Shown: positions 51,855 through 61,590 of the stretch, piece after piece
Layout: the number at the start of each line of letters is the position of its first letter
How positions within the stretch are numbered: the stretch's first letter is position 1
Assembly: GCA_965217585.1 (NCBI GenBank)
Contig: OZ244561.1
Location: forward strand, 6,592,001-6,656,000
Direction: 5' to 3'
Length of the DNA: 64,000 nt
Source: Candidatus Latescibacterota bacterium
GTDB taxonomy: Bacteria; Latescibacterota; UBA2968; UBA8231
The notes under the pieces: generated by a model
Told to the model about the DNA's origin: nothing
What the model saw: only the letters and a program-made list of their open reading frames with translations
Database searches by the model: none
Made by a program: the position numbers and the translations under genes

Positions 51855-52142
51855 GTGAAGGTGCCGGAAGCTGAGCGCGTAGAAGTTACCAACGATACCC
51901 TGATGGCGGATCTCTCCGACGGACGGACCATCTCTGTTCTGTTGGCTTGGTATCCCAGGCTAGTTCATGCGACGCCCCCAGAAAGACGCAACTGGCGGCT
52001 TATCGGTGTAGGTCAGGGTATCCACTGGCCCGACCTAGACGAGGATATCAGCGTGGAGGGCTTGCTAGCGGGTAGGCCCTCCGGGGAGAGCCAAGAGTCT
52101 TTGAAGCGGTGGTTAGAAGCGCGGCAGACAGGGTTGCGATGA
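51855..52142 (+). CDS. DUF2442-family protein (putative antitoxin)
   Basis: LSDGRTISV.LAWYPRL.HAT...GIHWPDLDEDISVEGLL. Confidence 0.85.
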   Translation: MKVPEAERVEVTNDTLMADLSDGRTISVLLAWYPRLVHATPPERRNWRLIGVGQGIHWPDLDEDISVEGLLAGRPSGESQESLKRWLEARQTGLR

Positions 52143-52153
52143 GAGCGTTGACT

Positions 52154-52357
52154 ATGGAATACGCCGTCGTCATCGAAAAGGGACCGACTAGCTACGGTGC
52201 TCATGTACCGGATTTTCCCGGGTGCGTGGCCGCTGCGGAGACCAAAGAGGAAGTATGCTCGCTCATCCGCGAAGCCATCGAACTCTACGTCGAGACGCTT
52301 GAGGAAGATGGCCTCCCCGTCCCTACGCCACAGCCGTACGAACTGATCGAGGTATAA
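52154..52357 (+). CDS. hicB: HicB-family antitoxin (no hicA)
   Basis: MEYAVVIEKGPTSYGAHVPDFPGCVAAAET. Confidence 0.88.
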   Translation: MEYAVVIEKGPTSYGAHVPDFPGCVAAAETKEEVCSLIREAIELYVETLEEDGLPVPTPQPYELIEV

Positions 52358-52411
52358 CAGAAGTATGCTAACCTCTCGGTCTCCTCATCTTCATTGAAAG
52401 ACTGAAATAAC

Positions 52412-53326
52412 ATGCTTTACTACCATGTACGTATTAGGCTTAAATCCGATCGACTTAACCCTATCGTTAAGTTAGACCTCTCCAAGGAAGACCTAGAATC
52501 ACGCATCCTGATCCCGTATCGCAAAGGATCGCCGCTTGCTATTCGGGGACAAATAGTATCTCTGGACGACATCAAACTCATTTTTATAAACAGTACCGAA
52601 CAAAGCGCCGAACTTTTTCGTCCGATTGTAGTGGCAGAACTGTCTCAGAAAGGTTCCTCCACTCGTTCATCATCAGTAGATTTGTCTATCGCCGCCTCGG
52701 GTAAGGATGTCACAAATGACTTCATCACTGGCCCTCCTGGCGGAGAACGAGATGCCGATTCGCCCGATGAACAACAACGCCGACCGGCAGCGGATGCAAG
52801 GGACGTTTTTGTCGTCCACGGACGAAACGAGAAGGCCCGTGTGGCACTCTTCGATTTCTTACGGTCAATCAGCCTACATCCCGTGGAATGGTCCGAGGCC
52901 GTTCTGTCTACGGGCAAGGCGTCACCTTATATCGGGGACATCCTCAATGCGGCTTTTTCACGAGCACACGCCGTCGTCGTTCTGCTAACGCCTGACGACG
53001 AGGCACGACTCAGAGAGCCGTGGCGAGGTAAAAACGAGCCTCCTCACGAGGTTGAACTATCAGGACAAGCTAGGCCAAACGTGCTTTTTGAAGCTGGTAT
53101 GGCAATGGGTCGAGACGAAGACCGGACCGTGCTTGTCGAGATTGGCGACATACGACCGTTTAGCGACATTGCGGGACGTCACACAGTACGGCTTAATAAC
53201 ACCTCTAAGCAACGTCAAGAGCTTGCAAACCGCCTGAAAGCTGCTGGCTGTCCGGTGAATCTGAACGGAACTGACTGGCACTCCACCGGTGATTTTGACG
53301 CCGTTCTCAAGTTGGATGAGACGTAG
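52412..53326 (+). CDS. TIR-like nucleotide-binding domain protein (Cap12/PF10137-type) with unknown N-terminal domain
   Basis: VFVVHGRN, AVVVLLTPDD, QARPNVLFEAG, PFSDIAG; lower GC. Confidence 0.85.
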   Translation: MLYYHVRIRLKSDRLNPIVKLDLSKEDLESRILIPYRKGSPLAIRGQIVSLDDIKLIFINSTEQSAELFRPIVVAELSQKGSSTRSSSVDLSIAASGKDVTNDFITGPPGGERDADSPDEQQRRPAADARDVFVVHGRNEKARVALFDFLRSISLHPVEWSEAVLSTGKASPYIGDILNAAFSRAHAVVVLLTPDDEARLREPWRGKNEPPHEVELSGQARPNVLFEAGMAMGRDEDRTVLVEIGDIRPFSDIAGRHTVRLNNTSKQRQELANRLKAAGCPVNLNGTDWHSTGDFDAVLKLDET

Positions 53327-53369
53327 ATGAGATTGACACCGCGATGCGGGAATTGCATAGGAGGGCGCA

Positions 53370-54206
53370 ATGACCACGACTCAACTGAACATCACATTTG
53401 AGGGGCCACAGGTTAGCGCGGAGGGTGTGGCGGTGGACGACTTGCAGCCGGTGCTGGAGCGGATCCAGCGTGCGGTGCGGCTCATGGTGGAGCACCTAGC
53501 GCGCGCCGATGGGACGCCGGAGTTGGCGCGAAAGCACAGCGAACTGCGTCCGGTGCGGATTTCGCCGGGAGCGGCAAACGTCCAACTCAAGCTGGCTCAC
53601 GCGCCCAACGGACAGCATTCCCATGAGGAATACGGTCCCCGTGCGCTGCGGGCCATTCTGGATTGGCCGAACAACGCCAGTCCGGCACTGCCGGAGGATG
53701 TCTCCAACCAGCTAAGCAGCATCGGTGAGGGGCTATCGCCTGAGATCAGCGTGGTCTGGCTCGGAGATCCGAGCAGTGGCCGACGTCTGGAGTTCCGACG
53801 TGCTGGACTAGATCAACCTCAGCAGGTCCCGGACGCTAAGGCACTCTTGTACGGCTGGCTGAAGGAAGTGAACTGGGCACAGGGCACAGCGCAACTCCAC
53901 GAGCATGAAGACAAATACGTACAGTTGCGGTTCGATGCCGCACTCAACTATGAGATGCGCCGCCTAGCGACCCAGTATGTCGAGGTCAGAGGTCGCGGTC
54001 AGTTCAACAAGGACGATAGCTGGCACACCGTTCAGGTGGAGCAGATCAGCGAAACGCGCTCGTGGCGCGAACCCTTCGACTTGGAACTCTTTCACAACAA
54101 CCCCAACCCGAAGATATTCGACCCCGACAAGATGGTCACCATCGACCTGACGGATGAAGAGTGGGAGTCCTACAACCGCGCCATCCGTGAAGGCCGGAAT
54201 GCCTGA
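53370..54206 (+). CDS. hypothetical protein coupled to a PIN gene (large putative antitoxin)
   Basis: RBS AGGAGG; acidic C-terminal helix DLTDEEWESYNRAIREGR; TGATG overlap with the PIN gene. Confidence 0.65.
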   Translation: MTTTQLNITFEGPQVSAEGVAVDDLQPVLERIQRAVRLMVEHLARADGTPELARKHSELRPVRISPGAANVQLKLAHAPNGQHSHEEYGPRALRAILDWPNNASPALPEDVSNQLSSIGEGLSPEISVVWLGDPSSGRRLEFRRAGLDQPQQVPDAKALLYGWLKEVNWAQGTAQLHEHEDKYVQLRFDAALNYEMRRLATQYVEVRGRGQFNKDDSWHTVQVEQISETRSWREPFDLELFHNNPNPKIFDPDKMVTIDLTDEEWESYNRAIREGRNA

Positions 54207-54501
54207 TGGTTAGTTATCCCTCATCCATAGTCCTAGATACTTGCGTCGTATCGTTACTATTCAAGGGAGACGAACCCGTTGCCTATTATCGGGAGCGGAT
54301 TATCGGGCAGCGGCTTCTGATTTCGTTCCAGACGTTGGAGGAATCGTGATCTCCGCAAATCTCCGCAGCGAACGAGAGAAATCAGGACGCAGGCTGAATA
54401 CGGCAGACGCTTGGATCGCTGCAACAGCCATCATGCTGCGATGTCCACTAGCGTCTAACGACGGAGATTTCGGAGACATGTCCAAATCTGCAACTAATTA
54501 G
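54206..54501 (+). pseudogene. VapC/PIN toxin, deleted and frameshifted
   Basis: MVSYPSSIVLDTCVVSLLFK...ISFQTLEES* (stop at 54347); C-terminal RRLNTADAWIAATA...PLASNDGDF lies in another frame. Confidence 0.8.
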
Positions 54502-54596
54502 AGCACCGTCCTGATAACCTCCTACTAAGCTCAACGAACCCGGGTGGACGTTTCCTTTTTAGCACACAATTTCATCCCTAAACTACTAGGTATCCC

Positions 54597-55340
54597 ATGC
54601 AAAACCCTATCAAAGAACAACTTGCTGCTGGGCACCCTTCCATCGGCTCCTGGCTCAACCTAACCTCTCCGCTGGCCGCCGAAGTCATGGCTGCGGCCGG
54701 CTTCAAATGGCTAGTAGTCGATGCCGAGCACTCGGCCTTTGACCTCGGCCACATCGCCCACACCTTCCGCGCCATCGAGGCGCGAGGTGCCCTGCCCCTG
54801 GCCCGCGCCTGGGACCACGACCCGACCACGGCCGCCCGCCTGCTCGACGCCGGGGCCTGGGGCTTGGTCTTTCCCCACGTCAGCACCCCAGAGCAAGCCG
54901 AAAAGCTGGCCCAAGCCGTGCGCTATCCCCCACGCGGCAACCGGTCGGTGGGCACGGGCCGCTGCGTCACATTGGCCCCGGACTATCGCCAGCGCTTTGA
55001 CGACGCCGTCCTCTGCATCCCGCAGATCGAGGATATGGAAGGTATTAACAATGCCGAGGCCATCGCCCGCGTCGAAGGCATCGATATCGGCTTCCTCGGG
55101 CCGGGCGACTTAGCCATGTCCATGGGCGTCGCCGCCGGCCACCCCGACCACGAGGCCGCCTTGCAGACTTTTCGCGTCGGCTGCGCCCAAGCCGGCAAAC
55201 CCAGCGGTATCCCGGTCAAGGACCCCGCCGAAGTCAAACGGCGCATCGCCGAGGGCTTCCAGTTCATCGACTTCAGCAACGATATGCGGTTTTTGGAAGC
55301 CACGGTGCAAGCTGCCTACCGCGAAGCAACGGCTGGATGA
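54597..55340 (+). CDS. HpcH/HpaI class II aldolase
   Basis: VDAEHS, LLDAGA, RYPPRG.R, QIED, FLGPGDL. Confidence 0.9.
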   Translation: MQNPIKEQLAAGHPSIGSWLNLTSPLAAEVMAAAGFKWLVVDAEHSAFDLGHIAHTFRAIEARGALPLARAWDHDPTTAARLLDAGAWGLVFPHVSTPEQAEKLAQAVRYPPRGNRSVGTGRCVTLAPDYRQRFDDAVLCIPQIEDMEGINNAEAIARVEGIDIGFLGPGDLAMSMGVAAGHPDHEAALQTFRVGCAQAGKPSGIPVKDPAEVKRRIAEGFQFIDFSNDMRFLEATVQAAYREATAG

Positions 55341-56197
55341 ACATCCTCAACTTCGGCTCGCTCAACATCGACCTCGTTTATCAAGTCGAGCACATCGCCC
55401 GTCCGGGCGAGACCATCGCCAGCTCGACGCACCAAGTCTTTGCCGGTGGCAAGGGTGCCAATCAATCAGCGGCTCTTGCCCGCGCTGGCGCGCGCGTCTT
55501 TCACGCCGGCCAAGTGGGGCCAGAAGGTCAATGGCTAGTCGATAAACTGGCTGGACTGGGCGTGGATGTGCAGCACATCCGCGTCGGCGACGTACCTACT
55601 GGCCACGCCATTATCCAAGTTGACCGCCAAGGCCAAAACAGTATCGTCCTCTTTGCCGGGGCCAATGCCCAAATAGACAAACGGGCCATAGACACCGCAC
55701 TATCCCATTTTGACCGAGGAGATATCCTCCTCTTGCAGAATGAGATAAACGACATTGCTTACATCATCACCTCGGCCGCCGAGCGGGGCCTGACGACATG
55801 CTTAAACCCCGCGCCCTTTGGCCCAGAGGTCCGCACATATCCCCTCGAATTGGTCAATTTGCTCATCGTCAATGAAACCGAGGCCACCGGCCTTGCCGGC
55901 ACATCCGAGCTCGCTGCGCTAGCCGAGCTCTGCCCCCACGCCCAGATCGCGCTCACGCTAGGGGCCGCTGGTGCCCAGTACCGCTCCTCAACTGAGGAAT
56001 TCCACCTCTCAGCACCGCATGTCGAAGCGGTAGATACTACGGGTGCGGGAGACACCTTCATCGGCTATTTTCTCCAGGGCCTGACCGCCGACATGACCGC
56101 GCGAGAGGCCATGACCCGTGCGGTGCAGGCCGCAGCTTTATGCGTTACCCGCCCGGGAGCGATGGATTCAATTCCAGCCGCAGACGAAGTAGATTAA
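55337..56197 (+). CDS. rbsK: ribokinase/PfkB sugar kinase
   Basis: GSLNID, GGKGANQ, NPAP, NETE, DTTGAGDTF. Confidence 0.85.
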   Translation: MNILNFGSLNIDLVYQVEHIARPGETIASSTHQVFAGGKGANQSAALARAGARVFHAGQVGPEGQWLVDKLAGLGVDVQHIRVGDVPTGHAIIQVDRQGQNSIVLFAGANAQIDKRAIDTALSHFDRGDILLLQNEINDIAYIITSAAERGLTTCLNPAPFGPEVRTYPLELVNLLIVNETEATGLAGTSELAALAELCPHAQIALTLGAAGAQYRSSTEEFHLSAPHVEAVDTTGAGDTFIGYFLQGLTADMTAREAMTRAVQAAALCVTRPGAMDSIPAADEVD

Positions 56198-56222
56198 ACC
56201 ATTGCAGTAGAAAGGAATACGT

Positions 56223-57206
56223 ATGCCGAATATCATGCTCACTGCCCAATTCGCCAACGCCGAATTCGCCTCCAGCGAGCGCGAACAGGGCCTCGAACAC
56301 CTTCGCTCCCTGGGCACCCTCATCCCGGAGCCGGCCGTCCTCACCGCCGAACACGCTCCCGATCTGATCGCCTCCATCGCCAGTTCATCGGTCTATACGG
56401 ACGAATTTTACGCGGCGGCCGAGGATTTGCGCATCGTCGCCCGTTGGGGCGTGGGTTTTGACAAGGTCAATATCCCAGGGGCCACGCGCCACGGCGTGAT
56501 CATCACCGTGACGCCAGTCCACATGGACGCCGTCGCCGAATACGCCATCGCCCAGTGGATGGCTACCCTCAAGCGGGTCTATACCCTCAATCACCTCTCC
56601 CATCGGGGCGATTTCTCCATCATCCGCACCTATGAGGCCCAATATACCACCCTCGGCCTGTACGGCTGCGGTCGCATCGGCCAAGAGGTAGCCAAGCGCG
56701 CCGTGCCGCTTCTAGGCACTGGCGGTCGCTTGCTCATCTATGACACCCGCCCCGACATCGCCGACATCGCCGCCCAATACGGAGCTGAAGTCGCCGACTC
56801 GCCTCAAGCACTGTTCAGCGAGTGCGACACCGTCTCGCTCCACGTCTCGGGTGACGACACCATCGTCCACTACGACCTGCTCAGCCTGATGCAGCCCCAC
56901 GCCTCGCTGATCAATCCCTCACGGGGCAATCTCGTCAACGACGAGGACGTCCACCGCGCCATTGAAGAGGAAAAGCTCTACTACTACGTCGTTGACGATC
57001 CAGTCAACGACACCCGTGCCATTCACAAGGATCACCCGCGCATTATCTGCACCAACCACAACGCCGGCATTACGGTCGAATCCACCATGCGCCTCGACGC
57101 CAAGGGCATCGAGCAAGTCGAAGCGGCCATCACCGGCCGCCAGCCCGAACACATCCTCAATTCTGAGGTCCTCGACCACCCACGGGTCAAGGCGTGGCTG
57201 CGATGA
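56223..57206 (+). CDS. D-isomer-specific 2-hydroxyacid dehydrogenase
   Basis: ARWGVGFD, GCGRIG, VSLH, INPSRG, HNAG. Confidence 0.88.
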   Translation: MPNIMLTAQFANAEFASSEREQGLEHLRSLGTLIPEPAVLTAEHAPDLIASIASSSVYTDEFYAAAEDLRIVARWGVGFDKVNIPGATRHGVIITVTPVHMDAVAEYAIAQWMATLKRVYTLNHLSHRGDFSIIRTYEAQYTTLGLYGCGRIGQEVAKRAVPLLGTGGRLLIYDTRPDIADIAAQYGAEVADSPQALFSECDTVSLHVSGDDTIVHYDLLSLMQPHASLINPSRGNLVNDEDVHRAIEEEKLYYYVVDDPVNDTRAIHKDHPRIICTNHNAGITVESTMRLDAKGIEQVEAAITGRQPEHILNSEVLDHPRVKAWLR

Positions 57207-58333
57207 AAATAACCCGCTTCGACGTTACGCCGCTCACCAATCGCGGCCTCTTGCTCCAAGTCGAAACCGACGCCGGCCTCACAGGTATAGGCGCGCCCAT
57301 GAACTACGAACACGGCCGCACCGTGGAGCGGGCCATCCTCGACATGGGTGATTACCTGATTGGCCGCGATCCCCTGCAAATCGAAGACCACTGGCAGACC
57401 CTCTACCGCTCCAGCTATTCCCGCCAGATGCCGATCCTGTTGGCGGCCCTCAGCGGCATAGAAATGGCCTGCCTAGACCTGTTGGGTAAAACCGCTAACT
57501 TACCCGTGTGGAAGCTATTAGGTGGATCAGTGCGAGAGAGAATCCGGGTCTATGGATCAGCCGGGGGGCCCACTCCCGAGCAAGCCGCCCAAGCCGCCCG
57601 CCAGCGCGTCGCAGAAGGCTTTACAGCGCTCAAAACCACCCCCTTCCCCGACCCTGTGCGCCCCATCGAGACCCCAGCGGGGGTCGAGCGGGTAGTGTCC
57701 CTGATTGCGGCCATGCGCGAAGCTGTCGGCCCAGCCATCGACATCGCCATCGACTTCCACCGCGCCACCAGCCCGGCGTTGGCCAAGGTACTCCTGCGCG
57801 AACTCGAGCCCCTAAGGCCGCTCTTCGTCGAGGAGCCGACCCGTTCCACCGACAATATCGGCCCCCTGCTGGAACTGACGCGCTCGACCTCCATTCCCAT
57901 CGCCACCGGCGAACGCTGTGCCACTCGCTGGGGCTTCCGCGAATTGTGCGAGCGCAAGGCCGCGGCCATCATCCAGCCCGATATCCGCCACTGCGGCGGC
58001 CTGCTCGAAATGAAGAAGATTGCCGCCTTAGCCGAAGTCCACGAGATCGTCGTCGCACCCCACAACGCCGCCGATCCCCTCGGCATCGTCGCCTCCGTAC
58101 ACGCGATGGCTGGCACCCCCAACTTCCTCATCATGGAATACGGCGGCGGTGGCGGCGAAGGGTTCTTCACTGCCCCTTTGAAAATGAAGAATGGATTTGT
58201 GGAATTGCCCCGAGGGCCGGGGCTAGGCGTGGAGATCGACCCAGAGGGCTTAGAGGCAGCTACCCACCAAGGCCCTTGGCGGCAGCGGACGATGCGCCGC
58301 CACCCAGAGGACGGCTCTTTCGCGGATTTTTAG
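57203..58333 (+). CDS. dgoD: mandelate racemase-family sugar-acid dehydratase (galactonate dehydratase-like)
   Basis: SGIEMACLD, GFTALK, DFH, FVEEP, IATGER, QPD, APHN. Confidence 0.7.
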   Translation: MKITRFDVTPLTNRGLLLQVETDAGLTGIGAPMNYEHGRTVERAILDMGDYLIGRDPLQIEDHWQTLYRSSYSRQMPILLAALSGIEMACLDLLGKTANLPVWKLLGGSVRERIRVYGSAGGPTPEQAAQAARQRVAEGFTALKTTPFPDPVRPIETPAGVERVVSLIAAMREAVGPAIDIAIDFHRATSPALAKVLLRELEPLRPLFVEEPTRSTDNIGPLLELTRSTSIPIATGERCATRWGFRELCERKAAAIIQPDIRHCGGLLEMKKIAALAEVHEIVVAPHNAADPLGIVASVHAMAGTPNFLIMEYGGGGGEGFFTAPLKMKNGFVELPRGPGLGVEIDPEGLEAATHQGPWRQRTMRRHPEDGSFADF

Positions 58334-58418
58334 AATTGGAGAATGGATAACGGACGCCGAAAAAACCACAGATGCCGTGGCTATCCTTTACAGGCACTAT
58401 ATTGGGGGCAAGCCGGAA

Positions 58419-58715
58419 TCAGTAATGGTAGCCTTTTTCGCCAAGACCGAGTTCTTTGCGGAGCTCTTCTACGGAAGAAGGCGACAGCACCCGGCTCTGT
58501 GCACGGTTGACAGCCGCGAGAAGGCGTTGGGCGTTTTTGGGCGATCTGAGGAGATGAGCCGTCTCGAGGAGGCTAGCTAATTCGTCCGCTGAAACCAGCG
58601 CGACGTCTTCGGCATTGCGCCGCCGTATAATCACCGGCTCTCGCGTGGAGGTGACTTCGTCGCATAGCGATGCGAATTCGGCTCTGGCTTGGGTATAAGT
58701 TGTAACGGTAGTCAT
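58419..58715 (-). CDS. yefM: Phd/YefM antitoxin fused to the last codons of a deleted YoeB
   Basis: TYTQARAEFASLCDEV...EPVIIRRR...ETAHLLRSPKNAQRL; ends GYHY*. Confidence 0.88.
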   Translation of the reverse strand: MTTVTTYTQARAEFASLCDEVTSTREPVIIRRRNAEDVALVSADELASLLETAHLLRSPKNAQRLLAAVNRAQSRVLSPSSVEELRKELGLGEKGYHY

Positions 58716-58730
58716 TTGATTTTCCCTATG

Positions 58731-58755
58731 ATATGTACAGCTTTAACGTACATAT
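58731..58755. promoter_or_regulatory. YefM-type operator palindrome
   Basis: ATATGTAC-N9-GTACATAT, containing the TGTACA core. Confidence 0.7.
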
Positions 58756-58830
58756 TGTGAACATTTTGTCAAAGCATCTCATGTACTTAGAATATTTTGT
58801 TCAGGCGCACCAGACGGAAATCGGCCGCCG

Positions 58831-59925
58831 CTAAAGCGGCATGTATTCCAGCTCAAAGACCCGCTCGACAAACCAGCCCAATCCGAAAAGCCCAATCACA
58901 GCCGACACCACCAAGACGACCGGGCGCTGATAGGGCCGCCGGCTGAGCCAAGCGACGAACGGAAAGACGAGCGCGACAATGGCTACTTGGCCGATTTCCA
59001 CGCCGGCGTTGAAGGCAAACAGCGAGGCGACCAATCCGCGTGTCGGCAACCCCAACTCGCGCAGCACATTGGCGAAGCCAAACCCGTGCACCAGCCCAAA
59101 GGCGAAGGTGATCATCCAGCGGTAATCTGTGCGCTTGAGCCAGAAATTCTCCACCGCGACATAAACAATGCTCAAGGCGATACCCGCCTCGATCCACTGG
59201 CTTGGCAGGCGGACGACTTCGAGTGCTGCCAAGCAGAGGGTGATGCTGTGGGCAACGGTGAAGGCCGTGACGACTTTGACCAAACTGAGCAGCCGACCGC
59301 CCACCACGATCAGCGCTAGCAGAAACATGACGTGATCGTAGCCGAGGAAAATGTGCTCCACCCCGAGCACTGTGAACTCGTATAGATGGTCCCACAGCGA
59401 CTTCTCTCCGGCAAAGGTCTGCTGCGGCGCTGAGGCCGAAAACACGGCTTGGACGAGCGGCTGCCCGGGCAACATGATTTTGGCCAAGTTTTTGTGCGCG
59501 TCCCCAAAGCGCTCCGGCCAACCGATCCAGACCTCTAGCTCGCTGACCGGATCCTTCAACTCGGCACTGAAGTACAAGTCGGCAAACATATTGCCCTTGT
59601 TATCCGGGGTGATGTCCCCCCTGTCGCGCACGAGGGTGAGCGGCTGACCGTTAGCCCGCAGGCGCATCTGCCCTTCGACAAAGGCGAATATGTCGTCGAG
59701 GCCGGCCGCCATTTCTTCGTAGAACAGCAGGCTGTCCCCGTCTTGATCGATGCCGATCTTCAGGAGGTCGAAATCGTCCATGCGCACGCGCACTTTGAGC
59801 GCGGCGTCCTCGGCGATCAAATTCGTGTAGCTGGTGTTGAGCTTGTGGGCACGGACTATGCTGGGGAAGGCAAAAAACAGCAGAACGAGTGCGAATGTGA
59901 GTGTCGAACTAAGGCGTGTCTTCAT
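58831..59925 (-). CDS. HupE/UreJ-family membrane protein
   Basis: GVEHIFLGYDH, TAFTVAHSITL, FGLVHGFGFA, FNAGVEIGQ. Confidence 0.9.
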   Translation of the reverse strand: MKTRLSSTLTFALVLLFFAFPSIVRAHKLNTSYTNLIAEDAALKVRVRMDDFDLLKIGIDQDGDSLLFYEEMAAGLDDIFAFVEGQMRLRANGQPLTLVRDRGDITPDNKGNMFADLYFSAELKDPVSELEVWIGWPERFGDAHKNLAKIMLPGQPLVQAVFSASAPQQTFAGEKSLWDHLYEFTVLGVEHIFLGYDHVMFLLALIVVGGRLLSLVKVVTAFTVAHSITLCLAALEVVRLPSQWIEAGIALSIVYVAVENFWLKRTDYRWMITFAFGLVHGFGFANVLRELGLPTRGLVASLFAFNAGVEIGQVAIVALVFPFVAWLSRRPYQRPVVLVVSAVIGLFGLGWFVERVFELEYMPL

Positions 59926-60283
59926 TTTCCTTCTTTAGCAAAGAGCGGATATAGGCGGCAATCTGCTCGCGTTCCTCCGCCGAGAGATGTCGATAGCCCG
60001 GCATAGAAGTACCGGGCATTCCCTTCTGAATCGTTCGGGCGATAGCTGCCTTGCTGTGGCCGTTTTTGTAGGCTGCGGGATCGCGGAAATCGCGAGGGGG
60101 CGGCCGGAGCGTCGCCGCGATCTGGCCATCGCCGCGACCCTCCGGGCCGTGGCACACCGCGCATCCATTGCGGGTGAAGAGGACCTTGCCCTGTACCACC
60201 GCGCCTTTGGCGTCGTCGCTCTCGCCAGCGCAGCCAGCCGCCAAAGCGACCAACGCCCAGCGCCATATCGCGGCCTTAGGCAC
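59909..60283 (-). CDS. monoheme cytochrome c lipoprotein
   Basis: Lipobox AAGC, CAVCH, distal GTSMP. Confidence 0.85.
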   Translation of the reverse strand: MPKAAIWRWALVALAAGCAGESDDAKGAVVQGKVLFTRNGCAVCHGPEGRGDGQIAATLRPPPRDFRDPAAYKNGHSKAAIARTIQKGMPGTSMPGYRHLSAEEREQIAAYIRSLLKKENEDTP

Positions 60284-61589
60284 CGCGGCTCTGCAACTCA
60301 AAGCTGAAGGTCGTCCCCGCCCCTAACTTGCTCTGCACGGTCACTTGCTCGCCGTGGACCTCGGCAATGTGGCGCACGATGGCCAATCCCAAGCCCGTGC
60401 CGCCGAGGGCGAGCGAGCGCCCCTTGTCAACCCGGTAGAAGCGTTCGAAAATCCGGCCCAAATCCTCGGAGGGGATGCCAATGCCGGTATCTTCGACGTA
60501 AATCGTTAGGTGATCGGCACCCTCTACGGGCCGCGTGCCAACGCGGACTTTCCCGCCAGCGGGCGTGTATTTGACGGCGTTGTCGAGCAAATTGATGAGG
60601 GCGTGTTCAATCAATTTAGGGTCGCAGATCACCTTGACAGACGGCGGAATGTCGCAGTCAATGGCGATTTGCTTTTGCGCGGCCGCTTGGCTGACCGAAC
60701 CAACGGACGTATCCACCAAGGGCTTTAGCTCACAAGGGACCAGCTCGGCCTCCAGTTGATCGGACTCCAGCCGCGACAGGTCGAGCAAGTCGCCGAGCAA
60801 GTGGGTCAGACGATCGGCGTGATTCTCGATGATGCCGGTGAAGCGGCGGGCCGCCGCCCGGTCGTCGAGCGCGCCATCGGACAAAATCTCGGCATAGCCC
60901 TTAATGGCTGTCAACGGCGTACACAGCTCGTGGGACACATTGGCCACAAAGTCGCGGCGCATCCGCTCTAGTTGGCGCAGGCGCGTAATATCGTAGAGGA
61001 CCGCTACCGCGCCGATGCACTCGCTCCCTTCGAGGACGGGCGCGACCTGCATGTCCAAATGGCGCTCCGGGGCACCGGTCAGCTCCACTTCCATTTCCCG
61101 GCTCCGACCTTCGGCCAAACACCCGGCCAGCGCGTCTTGGATGACCGCGTAACGCACGACCTCGGCGGTCAACAGCCCCTCTAGCGGCGGCTCTAAGCCA
61201 AACAGGTTGGCCAGCGCCTTGTTGGCCAGCACCACCCGGCCAGCGCGGTCGATGACCAAGATGGCCTCGGTAATGCTTTCGAGGATGACCTCTAAGCGGC
61301 TCTTTTCGCTCTCTAGCTGATCGACGCGCTGTTGAATGCGCCCGGCGAGGTCCTCTAGGGCGCGCGCCAACTCGGGATGGAACACCTCCACCCAAGCCGG
61401 GTCGCCGAGGGCCGCTTCGTCGAGCTGGCGCAACCGCTGTCCCTGCCGGCGGGCAGTGCGGCCCCAGAACCAGACTTGGCCGCCAGTCCAGAGCGCGGCC
61501 AGCACGAGCGCGAGTGCGATGTGACCACTCCACCAGACGAGCACGACCAAAAGCGCGTTGCTCAGGAGCAAGATCCACCCGAGGCGCAC
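60276..61589 (-). CDS. phoR: phosphate regulon sensor kinase
   Basis: PAS domain, FVANVSHELCTPL, NLLDNAVKY, DTGIGI, FERFYRVDK, GTGLGL. Confidence 0.9.
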   Translation of the reverse strand: MRLGWILLLSNALLVVLVWWSGHIALALVLAALWTGGQVWFWGRTARRQGQRLRQLDEAALGDPAWVEVFHPELARALEDLAGRIQQRVDQLESEKSRLEVILESITEAILVIDRAGRVVLANKALANLFGLEPPLEGLLTAEVVRYAVIQDALAGCLAEGRSREMEVELTGAPERHLDMQVAPVLEGSECIGAVAVLYDITRLRQLERMRRDFVANVSHELCTPLTAIKGYAEILSDGALDDRAAARRFTGIIENHADRLTHLLGDLLDLSRLESDQLEAELVPCELKPLVDTSVGSVSQAAAQKQIAIDCDIPPSVKVICDPKLIEHALINLLDNAVKYTPAGGKVRVGTRPVEGADHLTIYVEDTGIGIPSEDLGRIFERFYRVDKGRSLALGGTGLGLAIVRHIAEVHGEQVTVQSKLGAGTTFSFELQSRGA

Positions 61590-61590
61590 C

